Part shown: piece after piece, positions 31,558-42,359 of the stretch
Layout: each line of letters starts with the position of its first letter
Numbering within the stretch: position 1 is the first letter of the stretch
IMG/VR virus record: IMGVR_UViG_3300020577_007160
Span: 32,001 to 96,000 of that record
Length of the DNA: 64,000 bases
DNA from: a virus
Lineage: Duplodnaviria > Caudoviricetes
Strand: one strand, 5' to 3'
Notes under the pieces: model-generated
What the model was told of the DNA's origin: nothing
What the model saw: the letters and a program-made list of their open reading frames with translations, nothing else
The model's database searches: none
Program-made: the position numbers and the translations under genes

Positions 31558-33513
31558 TCATAAACTATTCAGAAATTTTATAAAATCTGCTATACCATAA
31601 TATATATTGTAACAATTTTCTTCATAAAGTTTCTTCCTCGTATTTGAATGACTTTTCAAATAAGGATGTACCAAATCTTCAAAATCTATTATAAATGACT
31701 TATTTCGAGTAGAATTTTTCGTTAATGCTCTCGCAGGTCTCTGAACGCTTTTAACATGAGAAGATCCCCCTGCTAAAAGAATTATTCCGTCAAGACTTGG
31801 AATATCTCTTCCTTCATCGAATATAGATGAACCAATTAAAACTCGTATTCTCTTTTCATTCACTTCTTTCATTAAATCAAAATTATCATTATAATAAATA
31901 TAATTTTGATTTGTTTCTTCATCAATTTTAATTTCTTTTATCTGGTTTTGATAACGAAGATAAAGTTCCTTACTATATAAGGAAATGTTGGTATTTCCCC
32001 CATAAGAAAATACAACATCCTCTATCATATTTAACATTTTTAAAATTTCTTTACCATGAGAAATGCGAGTCACAGAAACTAAAACTGATAAATTCTTTGG
32101 ATAACAATATCGAATAATATGGGTCGCTACTGTATTCCTATTGAAATTATTAACTATAAATCTATCATAAACCTTACTATAATTTTTAATAAAAAATTTC
32201 TGCTTATTAAAATCATAAGGAATAAAGAAAACATTAGGTTCTGAAATAACTCCGAGATCAATAAAATATTGAGGTGATATTTTTACAATAGTAGAATGAA
32301 GGCATCCAATGATGGCTGCGTCTTTTGGGGACTTATAAGGATCATCTCTATTTTCAAGAGGAGTGCCAGAGAATCCAAGCAATAAATCTAGATCATTAAA
32401 GTCAGAAACAATTGATTTATAAGAAGTTGCGGAAAGATGATGGCAATTATGAACTAATATCCCTTCTGCGAAATAATTATTGTTTCCTTCAACTTCGATA
32501 TTGTAGACATAGTCACAAGAAAAATCTAAAATTTCTTCAACACTTTCTGGATAACACTTGTTTACATAAGGTTCTTTGTGTAATATTCTATGTTCCCTAA
32601 TGCAAACAGCTGAATGAAAAACATTCAAATTTTTAGCAGAAATATAAGACCTACTATTGGAATCATAAATAGGGTGTTCTGGAGTACACATAAATTCAGA
32701 ACCATTACTAAATCGAATCTTAATCAAATTAGTTTTTAATTCGGATTTAAAGATTCTAAGTATTTTCTTTAATTCTATTTTTTTAGAATTATGATTAAAG
32801 GATTTTACAAAATCTCCGGTCTTCAAAGTTGAAATAGGTTTTCCATCTACTAAAGTATCACCAGGAAAACACTCATCAACAATTATACCGCCAACAGTAG
32901 AAAAAAATTCTTTATTAGCACCTTTTTTAAAAGAATTATATAGGGTATCAATAGTACAGACAATTATTTGTTTATCATAGTCTTTCTGAGAATCCCCTAA
33001 TAAACCTACATTTTGAATACCTCTTGATAAAAGTCTTTTAGCAGTTTGTTCCATCAGCCCAACTTCTTCTTCCAAAATAAGAATCTTTTTCTCAGAAGAA
33101 ACATTATCTTGATATAGTTTGGATACTCCACAGAAAATCTCAGTTTTGCCAGTACGTGTTGGAAGATCTACTATGCCCCGTGTTCTCAACATGCATTTTC
33201 TTATAGAGGAAATCTGATCATAACGAAGTGTTATTCCACTTAATAAATTTTCTGGGATTTCGAAATTAAAATTTTTTACTATAATATTATCTTTAATAGA
33301 TAAAGGTAAAGTGCCTAATTTTGATAGAACATAGGGTACTAATCCAGTAAAGAACTTACAATGGTCTTCATGGGTATATAAAAATTCCTTGTATAAAGTT
33401 ATACCACTAGGATATTCAATATAAGATAAAGACAATATATCTTTTAATTTAAAGAATTCTTCCTCATTATAGTTCTTTACATAAGTAAAATTAGACTCCT
33501 TAATAAACAACAT
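31558..33513 (-). CDS. SF2 (UvsW-like) helicase containing an intein
   Basis: PTRTGKT, IVDE|CHH after intein removal, FSGTP, EGRDIP, QRPARAL. Confidence 0.9.
   Translation of the reverse strand: MLFIKESNFTYVKNYNEEEFFKLKDILSLSYIEYPSGITLYKEFLYTHEDHCKFFTGLVPYVLSKLGTLPLSIKDNIIVKNFNFEIPENLLSGITLRYDQISSIRKCMLRTRGIVDLPTRTGKTEIFCGVSKLYQDNVSSEKKILILEEEVGLMEQTAKRLLSRGIQNVGLLGDSQKDYDKQIIVCTIDTLYNSFKKGANKEFFSTVGGIIVDECFPGDTLVDGKPISTLKTGDFVKSFNHNSKKIELKKILRIFKSELKTNLIKIRFSNGSEFMCTPEHPIYDSNSRSYISAKNLNVFHSAVCIREHRILHKEPYVNKCYPESVEEILDFSCDYVYNIEVEGNNNYFAEGILVHNCHHLSATSYKSIVSDFNDLDLLLGFSGTPLENRDDPYKSPKDAAIIGCLHSTIVKISPQYFIDLGVISEPNVFFIPYDFNKQKFFIKNYSKVYDRFIVNNFNRNTVATHIIRYCYPKNLSVLVSVTRISHGKEILKMLNMIEDVVFSYGGNTNISLYSKELYLRYQNQIKEIKIDEETNQNYIYYNDNFDLMKEVNEKRIRVLIGSSIFDEGRDIPSLDGIILLAGGSSHVKSVQRPARALTKNSTRNKSFIIDFEDLVHPYLKSHSNTRKKLYEENCYNIYYGIADFIKFLNSL
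32446..32871 (-). mobile_element. Mini-intein (142 aa) in helicase motif II
   Basis: CFPGDTLV...CTPEHP...VYNIEVEGNNNYFAEGILVHN followed by Cys. Confidence 0.92.
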
Positions 33514-33873
33514 TTAAGATTCTAATAATAATTCATAAAATTCTTCAAGACTTTTTCCAGAAGAAATAAATTCTAAATGATTTGAATATTTAACAATATT
33601 CAATTGATGTTTCTTAATAGACTCTGAAAGTTTTACTATCTCTGCATTAGAAGTAATAATAGCATCTTTCAAAGATTCTTCTAATGGAAGAATAGTGCCT
33701 ATTTCCAATAATATCATTGTATCTTGAGATAGCTCCTCTAATGCTAATCTATTAGGATCTCTCAGAAAATTTATATTCTTGTTATATTTTAATAAAAAAT
33801 TTTTAAAATTCCAAGGTAAACTAGAAAATATCTTTCTTAAATCTGAAAGAATGAAAGTTTTTATAAATTGCAT
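33514..33873 (-). CDS. Hypothetical protein
   Basis: ORF downstream of motif A. Confidence 0.6.
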   Translation of the reverse strand: MQFIKTFILSDLRKIFSSLPWNFKNFLLKYNKNINFLRDPNRLALEELSQDTMILLEIGTILPLEESLKDAIITSNAEIVKLSESIKKHQLNIVKYSNHLEFISSGKSLEEFYELLLES

Positions 33874-33909
33874 AAAATAAAAATAATTAAAAATTCACGA
33901 TACAAACAT

Positions 33910-33958
33910 GAACGTTTTAATTTTTATAAAAAGAAAATGCCATCCGAGGATGGCATTT
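33910..33958 (-). promoter_or_regulatory. Terminator (33935-33958) plus motif A (33910-33931)
   Basis: aaatgccatcc-ga-ggatggcattt; GAACGT-N11-TAAAA. Confidence 0.75.
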
Positions 33959-33981
33959 AAATTGAACTATGATTATGGTAA

Positions 33982-34491
33982 TTACCAGGTAGTTGATCCA
34001 TTTACTTTAGATAAGTAAAATGCAAAACCTAAATATTCCCCTGTATAATTATCTGATTTATATTTTTCTCCATAAACATGAGAACGTCTTCCATACCAAT
34101 TACCATCGTAATCCTGTGCTAATCCATCTTCTTCGTTTTCAACAGGATCTACATAGATGTCATAACCTTCATAGGCAAAATCTTTTCCTTCATTACTGAG
34201 CTTGTCAGCGAGTTCTTCTAAATAAGAAAAAGAAACAAACCCATATTGACCAAGACCAAATGTATCAATGAATTCTTGGGTGTTGTCTGTGTAATTCTGA
34301 GGATTCAACCCAAACACTTCAAAAGCACTTTCTGGTGCTGATTTCAGTTTTTTACGAACAATAGAAACAAGGCTCGATAAACTTGCACCAGTGCTACGCT
34401 CTTCCCTAACATTTCTATTATTTCTATTAACACCAACTTTTCTTTCCAGTCTTTGTAATCTCTCATTGAGAGATAATTTTCTTTTAATCAT
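33982..34491 (-). CDS. Leader-family protein
   Basis: MIKRKLSLNERLQRLERKVG...VREE; motif B variant at 34512-34532. Confidence 0.8.
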   Translation of the reverse strand: MIKRKLSLNERLQRLERKVGVNRNNRNVREERSTGASLSSLVSIVRKKLKSAPESAFEVFGLNPQNYTDNTQEFIDTFGLGQYGFVSFSYLEELADKLSNEGKDFAYEGYDIYVDPVENEEDGLAQDYDGNWYGRRSHVYGEKYKSDNYTGEYLGFAFYLSKVNGSTTW

Positions 34492-34556
34492 TGTTGTTCT
34501 CCTTTTATGAAAATTGTTAAAACTATATAACTGATTAAAATATATATATTAACTAA

Positions 34557-35867
34557 TTAACCTTTCTCAATGTATTTAACGTTTGTCATATCTTTTATAT
34601 AATCGGGAGAAAACCCATTACCATCCAAACCAGGATTTTCACTTACAAATAGAACTCTAACTTCTTCTGGAATAAAATCAAGAGTTTTTAAATTGTTATC
34701 TTGAACACTCAATAAATCTAATTTTTTATCTTTAATCCCCTTCAAAGAAATTAAAAGATTTGATTCAAATAATAAACTTCCACCACCCACTTTTGGGCAA
34801 TGTTCTAAATTTCTTAATTTATTATTTGAAGCATTAACACCCCAACAAGTTTCTGGACATCCATAAAGAGTATCTAAATTATTATAACTAATATTCAATC
34901 TCCCCTCAATAATTCCAAATCTATCTAAACCAAATTTTGAATAAAGATACTCATGAACTGACTTATAAGACCCTAGTTTCTCCTTGAGATTAACATCCCC
35001 TGTGACGTTTATTATGTTTCCATCTAATTCAACCTTACGGCATTTAAACGTAGATGCGAGTTTTAATTCAACAGAATCTGCTAAATTAATTGGTAAATCC
35101 TCCCAAGATTCTATTGGATTTCCATCCCAGATCAATTCCCCTTTAACATTTTTAAGATCTTCTGTGTGATATTTAAAGTCTTCGATGTTATTATTGGATA
35201 TATTTAAATCCCCACCAATTTTCTTTGGCATTCCCCAAAGACTTTCTAAATTATTAAAAGAAACGTCAAAATCCCCAGTAACTTCTAAAATACATTTAAT
35301 TTTCAAAGATTTTAAATACTCGTTAATAGTTTTAAAATTCTTCAATTGACCTGAAAAATTAACATCTCCTCTGATTATTACATCCCTATTAATTAGGGTA
35401 ATTTCTCCATTAACAAATTTTTGTAAAGAATTCTTAGCATTAATATCATCAAAATTATCTTTTAAAAATTGTTTTATACCATTAAATGGTTTACCATTTA
35501 CTTTTGTCAGATAAAACAATCCCCTTTCATAGGGGGGATAATAATATTTTTTATTTCTAAATTCTCTTATTTTTAATTTTGGAGTAAAGTCACAACAAAA
35601 TCCAGAATAAGAAAATGTACCTAGTACATCCTTAATATCATTAAAAATAGTATGGCCAATAAATCTTGGGTCATCAGAATTCAACATCTCTACAATATCA
35701 TCCCCCGTAAGACGGTCATCAATATCTATTGAATCAACTTTCTCTGGGAGAGATTTATCTCTTAAATATTTTTCTATGTCAGGGATAGAGGTGAGAGATT
35801 CAGAAATAATGCCCAATTCTCTCTCAAGAATCGAAAGTCTTTCAACAATTGATTTGTTAGATTTCAT
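34557..35867 (-). CDS. Leader-family protein with leucine-rich-repeat-like region
   Basis: SIVERLSILERELGIISES; repeats such as DVSFNNLESLWGMP, NISYNNLDTLYGCP, NASNNKLRNLEHCP. Confidence 0.75.
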   Translation of the reverse strand: MKSNKSIVERLSILERELGIISESLTSIPDIEKYLRDKSLPEKVDSIDIDDRLTGDDIVEMLNSDDPRFIGHTIFNDIKDVLGTFSYSGFCCDFTPKLKIREFRNKKYYYPPYERGLFYLTKVNGKPFNGIKQFLKDNFDDINAKNSLQKFVNGEITLINRDVIIRGDVNFSGQLKNFKTINEYLKSLKIKCILEVTGDFDVSFNNLESLWGMPKKIGGDLNISNNNIEDFKYHTEDLKNVKGELIWDGNPIESWEDLPINLADSVELKLASTFKCRKVELDGNIINVTGDVNLKEKLGSYKSVHEYLYSKFGLDRFGIIEGRLNISYNNLDTLYGCPETCWGVNASNNKLRNLEHCPKVGGGSLLFESNLLISLKGIKDKKLDLLSVQDNNLKTLDFIPEEVRVLFVSENPGLDGNGFSPDYIKDMTNVKYIEKG

Positions 35868-35930
35868 CCAATTTTCTCAGTTAAAATATATAAAATTTTA
35901 TAACTAAAATTTTAAAATAAACATCAAAAT

Positions 35931-38471
35931 TTACCAAACTATTTTAAATTTAACCTTCTTACCAGGATCTACAAATTTCATTATTATATCTTCATTTTCC
36001 TCTACGTCTGTCAACTCCGAACATAAGAACGTTTTTGTCATGCGTAATCTCGCAATCAAATCCTTAGCGTCTAGTTCACAACCTTTTAGCAGCCATGCTT
36101 TGTCATTGAATTTTGATAGAGAACACGCACCCCCCCATGACGTACCAATTTCAATATCAGCAGTTATTGGTACTCCATTCAAAAAGTCATGACGCTCTGC
36201 AACACCCTCGTTCATCGTATGATGAACAATATTCAAAACCTCAAATATCTCATCAGGATGGGTATCCACCTGAATCGAATCGTGAACTGTACCGATTAAT
36301 TTGGATTTTAAATTTCTTGTTTTTAATTCCTCATATATCTTCAACGTAGATCCCAAAACTACATCAGAAGCTGTTGATTGAATTGGGGTATTTTGTGCTG
36401 CTCTTTGGGACTCTGCTATTTTCTTCCACTCCGTAGAATCAACATCTCTTAAATGTCTTATTCTTCCAAATTTAGTTTGAACAAATTTATTCTTTTTCAA
36501 AAATTTATGTTGATACTCTATCCAGGATTTCAAAGCAGGAAACCCAACAAAAAAGAAATCTACTAACTTCTTTGCTTCTTCCCTTGATATCCCTAAATCA
36601 TTTGATAATCCGTATTCCCCCTTTCCGTATAAGATCCCGAAGACTATTGTCTTAGCACGTTTACGTTCCTGTTTAGAAACAAGTTCTGGGGAAGTTTTAA
36701 ACATCTGGGATGCCACATAAGAATGAATATCATACCCTTTTATATATGCGTCTTTTAATTTCTCATCTTTACTTAATGCTGTGATTACTTTTACTTCAAT
36801 TTGGGCAAAATCGCTAGAAATAATTAAACCACCAATGTCTGCGAAACGGCTCACAATCATTCTTTTGATATCATTTCCAGAAGGCAAAGTATGGAAATAC
36901 GATGAATTATGAACCACAACTCCAGAAGACAACAAAAAATTATTCCAACCATCCAACACTGAAATATCATACACTGGAACAGGATTCAACAACAGAACTA
37001 ACATTATTTTAGATACATAGATATTGATACCCTTTGACATCAACATATCATTTTCAATGAGGTCTTTGGCTTCCTTGTATGTTCCATCGTGGAGCATCCA
37101 TTTATGATCAGGGGTGCATCTTTCGGAGCAACCATTACTCAACATGACCTCGATCAATTCTGACGTGTATTTTGTCAGTCCTAATGATATTGCTTTTGCA
37201 TATTGGATCTCACCTTCTGGACTGCATGAATAGACATAGAATTCACTATCTTTTTCTAATTCATCCAATCTCTTTTCAGTACCATTTAATAATGGTATTT
37301 TTGTTTCACCTACAAAACACAGTCTCCCCGTTGCAGTGCCAATCAAATTATATTCTGGAGTATACATATCCCCAAATCTTCTTTCATCTAATGGCTCAAG
37401 ATATGTTGACAACATTTTAACAGAATTACGATTTTCCAATAATTCAGAACAGAATTTTTTAGCATCTTCTGATACTTCTCCAGAATTAGATTCTATTAAT
37501 TTCAATAATGATTTTTCATCCGTTGAAGGAAACCCTTTTTCTGTTTTTGTCAAAACAGGGCAATTATAATAGTTCTTACCAAATAAAACATTACCTACCT
37601 GTTTTGTTGAATCAATATTAAATTGCGTTAAAGTATCCTCCTTGTATTTTTTAATAAAAGGCAAATTCTGAATATGGTCTTCAAATTCCTGGATCTTTTT
37701 AGAATAGCATTCTATAAGAAAATTTCGAAAATTCCAATCAATAGAAATCCCAGTTGTTTTTAATTCAACAAAAACATGAATAGCTTTCAATAAGTATTCA
37801 TATGCAGTCATAATCCTATTTTTTGCCTTCTCTAGTAAGCCTAGTCGAAGATAATATGTGGCAATGGAATCATATGCACCATACTTGGAAAGTATCTCAT
37901 AGGGAATATTGAAAAAGTGACGGTCTTTCTTCAAACGATGGGAATTTAATTCTTTTTGAAGTTCATCCTCCCAAACAAGATCAACGTCAAAAGTGTGGCG
38001 GAAAATATTTTTCAGGGATAACGGCATTCCGGTGTCACGGCGAGCACCATAAATATAATAAGCCAGAAATAAAGTATCATCCTTAATTCGGACTCTTGAC
38101 ATGTCGAGTTTGAATTGAAATGCCAAGTAACTCAAGTCAAAAATAAGGTTATGACCAACGACAGGAATAACATAAAGAAGTTTGAATAAACAACTAAGGA
38201 TAATAGATTTTTCATTTTCTGGAACATAAAATCCAGGATGATCATATCCAATATAATAACCTATTTTATGGATAGGATCACAAATAGAAAATCCAGCAAA
38301 TCCACAATCAGGCTTATAAAAATCTAAGTGTTTTGTTTCAACGTCGAAAACAAAATGATCAATATCTCCAGCTATGTACTTTTGAAGTACTACTCCTGCA
38401 ATATCCCTGAATTCAAAAGCATTAAGTTCCTTCGTGATTAATAATTCGTCTGAATTATATTTTGTTAACAT
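35931..38471 (-). CDS. polA: Family A DNA polymerase (3'-5' exonuclease plus polymerase) containing an intein
   Basis: FDVET, GHNLIFD, YGAYD, ATGRL|SS, DFAQIE, RKRAKTIVFGILYG, NTPIQS, VHDS. Confidence 0.95.
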   Translation of the reverse strand: MLTKYNSDELLITKELNAFEFRDIAGVVLQKYIAGDIDHFVFDVETKHLDFYKPDCGFAGFSICDPIHKIGYYIGYDHPGFYVPENEKSIILSCLFKLLYVIPVVGHNLIFDLSYLAFQFKLDMSRVRIKDDTLFLAYYIYGARRDTGMPLSLKNIFRHTFDVDLVWEDELQKELNSHRLKKDRHFFNIPYEILSKYGAYDSIATYYLRLGLLEKAKNRIMTAYEYLLKAIHVFVELKTTGISIDWNFRNFLIECYSKKIQEFEDHIQNLPFIKKYKEDTLTQFNIDSTKQVGNVLFGKNYYNCPVLTKTEKGFPSTDEKSLLKLIESNSGEVSEDAKKFCSELLENRNSVKMLSTYLEPLDERRFGDMYTPEYNLIGTATGRLCFVGETKIPLLNGTEKRLDELEKDSEFYVYSCSPEGEIQYAKAISLGLTKYTSELIEVMLSNGCSERCTPDHKWMLHDGTYKEAKDLIENDMLMSKGINIYVSKIMLVLLLNPVPVYDISVLDGWNNFLLSSGVVVHNSSYFHTLPSGNDIKRMIVSRFADIGGLIISSDFAQIEVKVITALSKDEKLKDAYIKGYDIHSYVASQMFKTSPELVSKQERKRAKTIVFGILYGKGEYGLSNDLGISREEAKKLVDFFFVGFPALKSWIEYQHKFLKKNKFVQTKFGRIRHLRDVDSTEWKKIAESQRAAQNTPIQSTASDVVLGSTLKIYEELKTRNLKSKLIGTVHDSIQVDTHPDEIFEVLNIVHHTMNEGVAERHDFLNGVPITADIEIGTSWGGACSLSKFNDKAWLLKGCELDAKDLIARLRMTKTFLCSELTDVEENEDIIMKFVDPGKKVKFKIVW
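36906..37319 (-). mobile_element. Mini-intein (138 aa) in DNA polymerase
   Basis: CFVGETKI...CTPDHKW...VYDISV...GVVVHN followed by Ser. Confidence 0.92.
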
Positions 38472-38518
38472 AATACTATCACAATATCTCTGGATTAAAA
38501 TTCTTTAAATACTATCAA

Positions 38519-38571
38519 GAACGGAACAATAATCTTAAAATAATTAATGCCCATAAAATGGGCATTAATTA
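38519..38571 (-). promoter_or_regulatory. Terminator (38541-38571) plus motif A (38519-38540) upstream of polymerase
   Basis: taattaatgcccat...atgggcattaatta; GAACGG-N11-TAAAA. Confidence 0.7.
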
Positions 38572-38590
38572 TAATCGTCAGTTATCACAA

Positions 38591-38737
38591 TTACTTACTG
38601 GCATCTTTGTAATAAAGATCATAATAATCCTGATCTTCCTTTTTTGTAAGAGAAACCATTTTTGTTGCTAACTTCTTAGAAATTAAAGAAGCAATATAAA
38701 ACAACCATGCATAAAACTTGATTTTTAATTTTGGCAT
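38591..38737 (-). CDS. Small hypothetical protein (48 aa)
   Basis: Hand-translated MPKLKIKFYAWLFYIASL...; fills the gap before the terminator. Confidence 0.5.
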   Translation of the reverse strand: MPKLKIKFYAWLFYIASLISKKLATKMVSLTKKEDQDYYDLYYKDASK

Positions 38738-38754
38738 ATATTTATAATATAGAA

Positions 38755-39162
38755 TTAAAGTAGTCCTAGATTTTCTAGTGTTTCCATTGGAATTACTAAT
38801 TGTAATTCTGCTAATATTAGCAAACCATCTTCCAACGAAATTGTTTTCTGATTACTTTCTTCAGAACGTTTATTCTTTAGTAAGATGTGCATACTATCCT
38901 TTGATAAGGATATTAGTATCCTATATTCATCTTTTTCAAGAACAGAATATGATCGAGAACAAAATGGTGCTGTACCATTATCAAAATGAAGAGCATCAGG
39001 AAATAATGAAAAATCATGATGATAAAATCTTTCAAACTTCGCACCCGTTGGAGTCACGAACTCTGGATACTCTTCAGAAAAATCCAGACGTTGTAAGGGT
39101 ATTGATTGAAGTATTTCTTCTGGTTTTGATTCTTCCTGCGTTGATGTTGGTTTTTTAGCCAT
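38755..39162 (-). CDS. Hypothetical protein
   Basis: ORF with AAGGA-type SD. Confidence 0.65.
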   Translation of the reverse strand: MAKKPTSTQEESKPEEILQSIPLQRLDFSEEYPEFVTPTGAKFERFYHHDFSLFPDALHFDNGTAPFCSRSYSVLEKDEYRILISLSKDSMHILLKNKRSEESNQKTISLEDGLLILAELQLVIPMETLENLGLL

Positions 39163-39194
39163 GATATATTTTCCTTGAAATTTTAAATAACTAT

Positions 39195-40529
39195 TTAAAA
39201 ACGAATATCCTTACATTCTGTTTTACTTAAAACATAATCCTCCGTAAACCCTCTTCCGTTTAATCCTGGATTTTTCATTACATTTGCCATATAATTGATT
39301 TTCTTTGGTATAAAATCTAGAGATTTTAATTTATTATCCATAACATCGAAATCCCATATTATATCGTCTTTAATACCCTCTAAAGAAATTAAAGAATTTG
39401 AATAAAATTCTAATGTTCCATGAACCCCAACTTCAGGACAATACTCTAAATTTCGAAGATTATTATTACTCGCATTTATCGAAAGACATTTTTTAGGACA
39501 TCCATAAAGAGATTCTAAATTATTAGAACTAATATTTATTTGATGAGAAATAGTTCCAAACCCTTCTAAACCAAATTCAGATTTAAGATAATCATGAACA
39601 GATTTATAAGAACCTAATTTACCAGAAAGATAAACATTACCAAAAGCATTTATTAAATCACCATCTAACTCAACTCTTTTACACTTAAAAAGAAAAGTTA
39701 ATTTTAACTCTAAATTATTAATAAATTTAACTGGCAGAAATTCCCAATCATCAATAGGGTTATTATTAAATATAAATTTTCCACCAACATTTTCAAGCTG
39801 TTTATCACAATATCTAAAACCAGAAATTCTATTATTGGAGATATCCAAATCTCCATATATTTCATAAGGCATTCCATAAAGAGATTCTAAATTATTGTCA
39901 GAAAAATCAACATTACCAGTGACTTTTGAAATCTCTTTAATTTTCAAGGATTTTAAAAAATCTTTAATACTTTTAAAATTTCCTAGTTTTCCTGAAAGAT
40001 CCAGATCCCCGTTAATTACAATACTTCGCTTTTTTAAAGCAACTTCACCATCCACATATTTTTCTAGAAAATTTAAAACATTAATACTATCAAAATTTAA
40101 TTTTAAAAATTGTTCAATACTATTGAATTGTTTTTTATCTACAGAGGTAAGATAAAATACTCCGTACTCATCCCAAGGAGTATGAACAAATTTTTTATTT
40201 CTAAGTTCCCGAACATTCAATTTTCCAGAAGTAAAATCACAACAAAATCCAGAATAAACAAAAGAACCCAATACACCTTGAATATCATAAAATCCATCGT
40301 GATCAATAAATCTTGGGTCGTCTAAATCAAGATATTTTAAAAGATCCCGCCCTGAATCAACAAATCTTTGGGGATTAATTTCTAATTCTTTTATCTTCGC
40401 AGGTACTGATTTCTGAATTAAATATTCTTCTACCTCAGATTTAGAATTAAAAGATTCCTGAATTATTCCTAGTTCTTTTTCTAAGAAAAGGATTCTATCT
40501 AAAATAGAATTTGATTTAATAGTTTTCAT
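39195..40529 (-). CDS. Leader-family LRR-like protein, paralog of 34557..35867
   Basis: SILDRILFLEKELGIIQES; shared DDPRFI.H, YSGFCCDFT, KLGSYKSVH, NNL.SLYGCP blocks. Confidence 0.78.
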   Translation of the reverse strand: MKTIKSNSILDRILFLEKELGIIQESFNSKSEVEEYLIQKSVPAKIKELEINPQRFVDSGRDLLKYLDLDDPRFIDHDGFYDIQGVLGSFVYSGFCCDFTSGKLNVRELRNKKFVHTPWDEYGVFYLTSVDKKQFNSIEQFLKLNFDSINVLNFLEKYVDGEVALKKRSIVINGDLDLSGKLGNFKSIKDFLKSLKIKEISKVTGNVDFSDNNLESLYGMPYEIYGDLDISNNRISGFRYCDKQLENVGGKFIFNNNPIDDWEFLPVKFINNLELKLTFLFKCKRVELDGDLINAFGNVYLSGKLGSYKSVHDYLKSEFGLEGFGTISHQINISSNNLESLYGCPKKCLSINASNNNLRNLEYCPEVGVHGTLEFYSNSLISLEGIKDDIIWDFDVMDNKLKSLDFIPKKINYMANVMKNPGLNGRGFTEDYVLSKTECKDIRF

Positions 40530-40557
40530 TTTATAAATTTAATTTTGAAAAATTTAT

Positions 40558-41673
40558 TTATATAACCTGCTTTGATGGTGAGGAAGACCTAACTTTAATA
40601 AACAACTTACTTATTTTTTGATAAAATAAATCAGTCTTATTATAATAATTAGACTCAAGATACGGTACAATATAAGAAACAAATTCACTAGACTTCTTCC
40701 ACAATAAATATAAAATAGGGATTTCAAAATAAATCGTAGAATCCTGAGAAAGTTTTAGAAAACTTGAATTAATTAAACTTGTTTTAAATTTGTTCCAAAT
40801 ATCAATCAAAATATCAACATTTGGATTTTCTAATGAATTGATAATATCAATACAATTCTTGTAATTCGTGAAACAACTATCAAAGACTTCCAAAGAATCA
40901 AATTGAACAGGAGGACAATAAATATCATCCCGATCCTGCAGGTTTTCTTGCAAGAGTTTTTTCATTTTATCCCAATGAGGTTCATAAATATGAAAAGACA
41001 TTGAATTATGAAGATATGTTCCTAATCCTACCCCTAATTGATTCGCAATAAACTCCTGAAGGAATGTAAACGCGAAATAATTCGTTCCACTGTATCCCCA
41101 CCATTCGTCGTTACTCCTGTTATCAACAGTCATATATAATTTATTTATGTTGTCCTCTGGATCCCGACGAACTAAAAAATGAATCATATTATTGCATGCT
41201 ATATCCTTACCAGGAGTAGAATCTACTGGAGGATAAGAAATCACCAAAAAGGCACGTCTTGAATATAAATCTTTTTTCAGAATTTCAATAACAACTTTTA
41301 ATTGATCTATTGGCAATCCAGCATCGTTGGGATAACTCCGAATTCGTTTTCCATAACCAGATCTCCAGACTGGGGATTCATCGTCAGGATTATCTGAGAA
41401 CTCAATGGCACGAGGTAGAAATGGTGACAAGTACTTTACTTCATTTGATCCCCCCAATACCCACACTGCTTCCGCAATCTGAGCAATTAGATTCTCCTTC
41501 CTGCTGTGAAAACCAATGAGCCTATTCTTTGGGTCAATGGCAGCTATTCCGACTTGTAGTAACTCTTTGGTGCGTCCGTAACGGGAATCAATTTCAGGTG
41601 CAATATCAAGGTATTCGCTCAAGGTCTTGATTGCTGAGGTCAATCCCTTTGTGTAAATTAAAGATGGTAACAT
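40558..41673 (-). CDS. Thymidylate-synthase-fold enzyme, probably dUMP hydroxymethylase
   Basis: SRRA, DIACN, RSNDEWWG, Asn in GTNYF (dUMP specificity), SFHIYE. Confidence 0.75.
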   Translation of the reverse strand: MLPSLIYTKGLTSAIKTLSEYLDIAPEIDSRYGRTKELLQVGIAAIDPKNRLIGFHSRKENLIAQIAEAVWVLGGSNEVKYLSPFLPRAIEFSDNPDDESPVWRSGYGKRIRSYPNDAGLPIDQLKVVIEILKKDLYSRRAFLVISYPPVDSTPGKDIACNNMIHFLVRRDPEDNINKLYMTVDNRSNDEWWGYSGTNYFAFTFLQEFIANQLGVGLGTYLHNSMSFHIYEPHWDKMKKLLQENLQDRDDIYCPPVQFDSLEVFDSCFTNYKNCIDIINSLENPNVDILIDIWNKFKTSLINSSFLKLSQDSTIYFEIPILYLLWKKSSEFVSYIVPYLESNYYNKTDLFYQKISKLFIKVRSSSPSKQVI

Positions 41674-42359
41674 TTTTATGTTCGTGGATTTTATTGAGTA
41701 AATAACTATACGTTTTCTTTTTTAAACTCGCAAAATGAGTTATAGTCTTTGGAGTAAGAGGAATATAATGATCGTTTTTATAAACGATAAAATCTAAATC
41801 TCTTTCCAAGAGATAATAACATTTTCTAAATAAGTAACCTTTAGCAACCGTACCACCAAAGTCATGATATTTGGGAATAAAAATTAATGGGGTACAAAAA
41901 TGTTCAGGAGAAAAATGTTTTTCTAATCGTATTGATTTTCCATTCTGAGGATTATAAATAATTGTTGCTTCAACCTTGTAATAAGGACATTTTGAACGCG
42001 GAACAAGAACTGAATTACCACTAGGTATTCTTACACCAGAAGAATAATAATCTGAATTATTAGACTGACGAATTAAATATTTATCGGTTCTTTCATAAAT
42101 TCTATTATCTATGATAAGAACATCTGAAAAAGATTTAATTTTCACCAGTAAAATACCTCTTCAAAATAACCTTATCTTCTGAGGATAATCCTGGAATTAT
42201 CCCTTCGCGGACTATTCGTAAAATCAAAGTTGTAGAAACATTACTTCCAACATTTAAAAGATATGTTGAAACTATATTATAAACATTAGAAGAGTCCCCA
42301 ACACTCAACTTAAATTCTCTTTGAAATTCATTGATCCAAAAATTCCGGTCTCTTATCAT
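41606..42359 (-). other. Two hypothetical genes (41606..42145, 42135..42359)
   Basis: ORF track; overlapping operon arrangement. Confidence 0.6.

Noticed and set aside
24364-38471. Z-genome (2-aminoadenine) pathway suggested by HD hydrolase plus family A polymerase
   Set aside because: No PurZ-like gene in the window; the other genes point to hmU chemistry.
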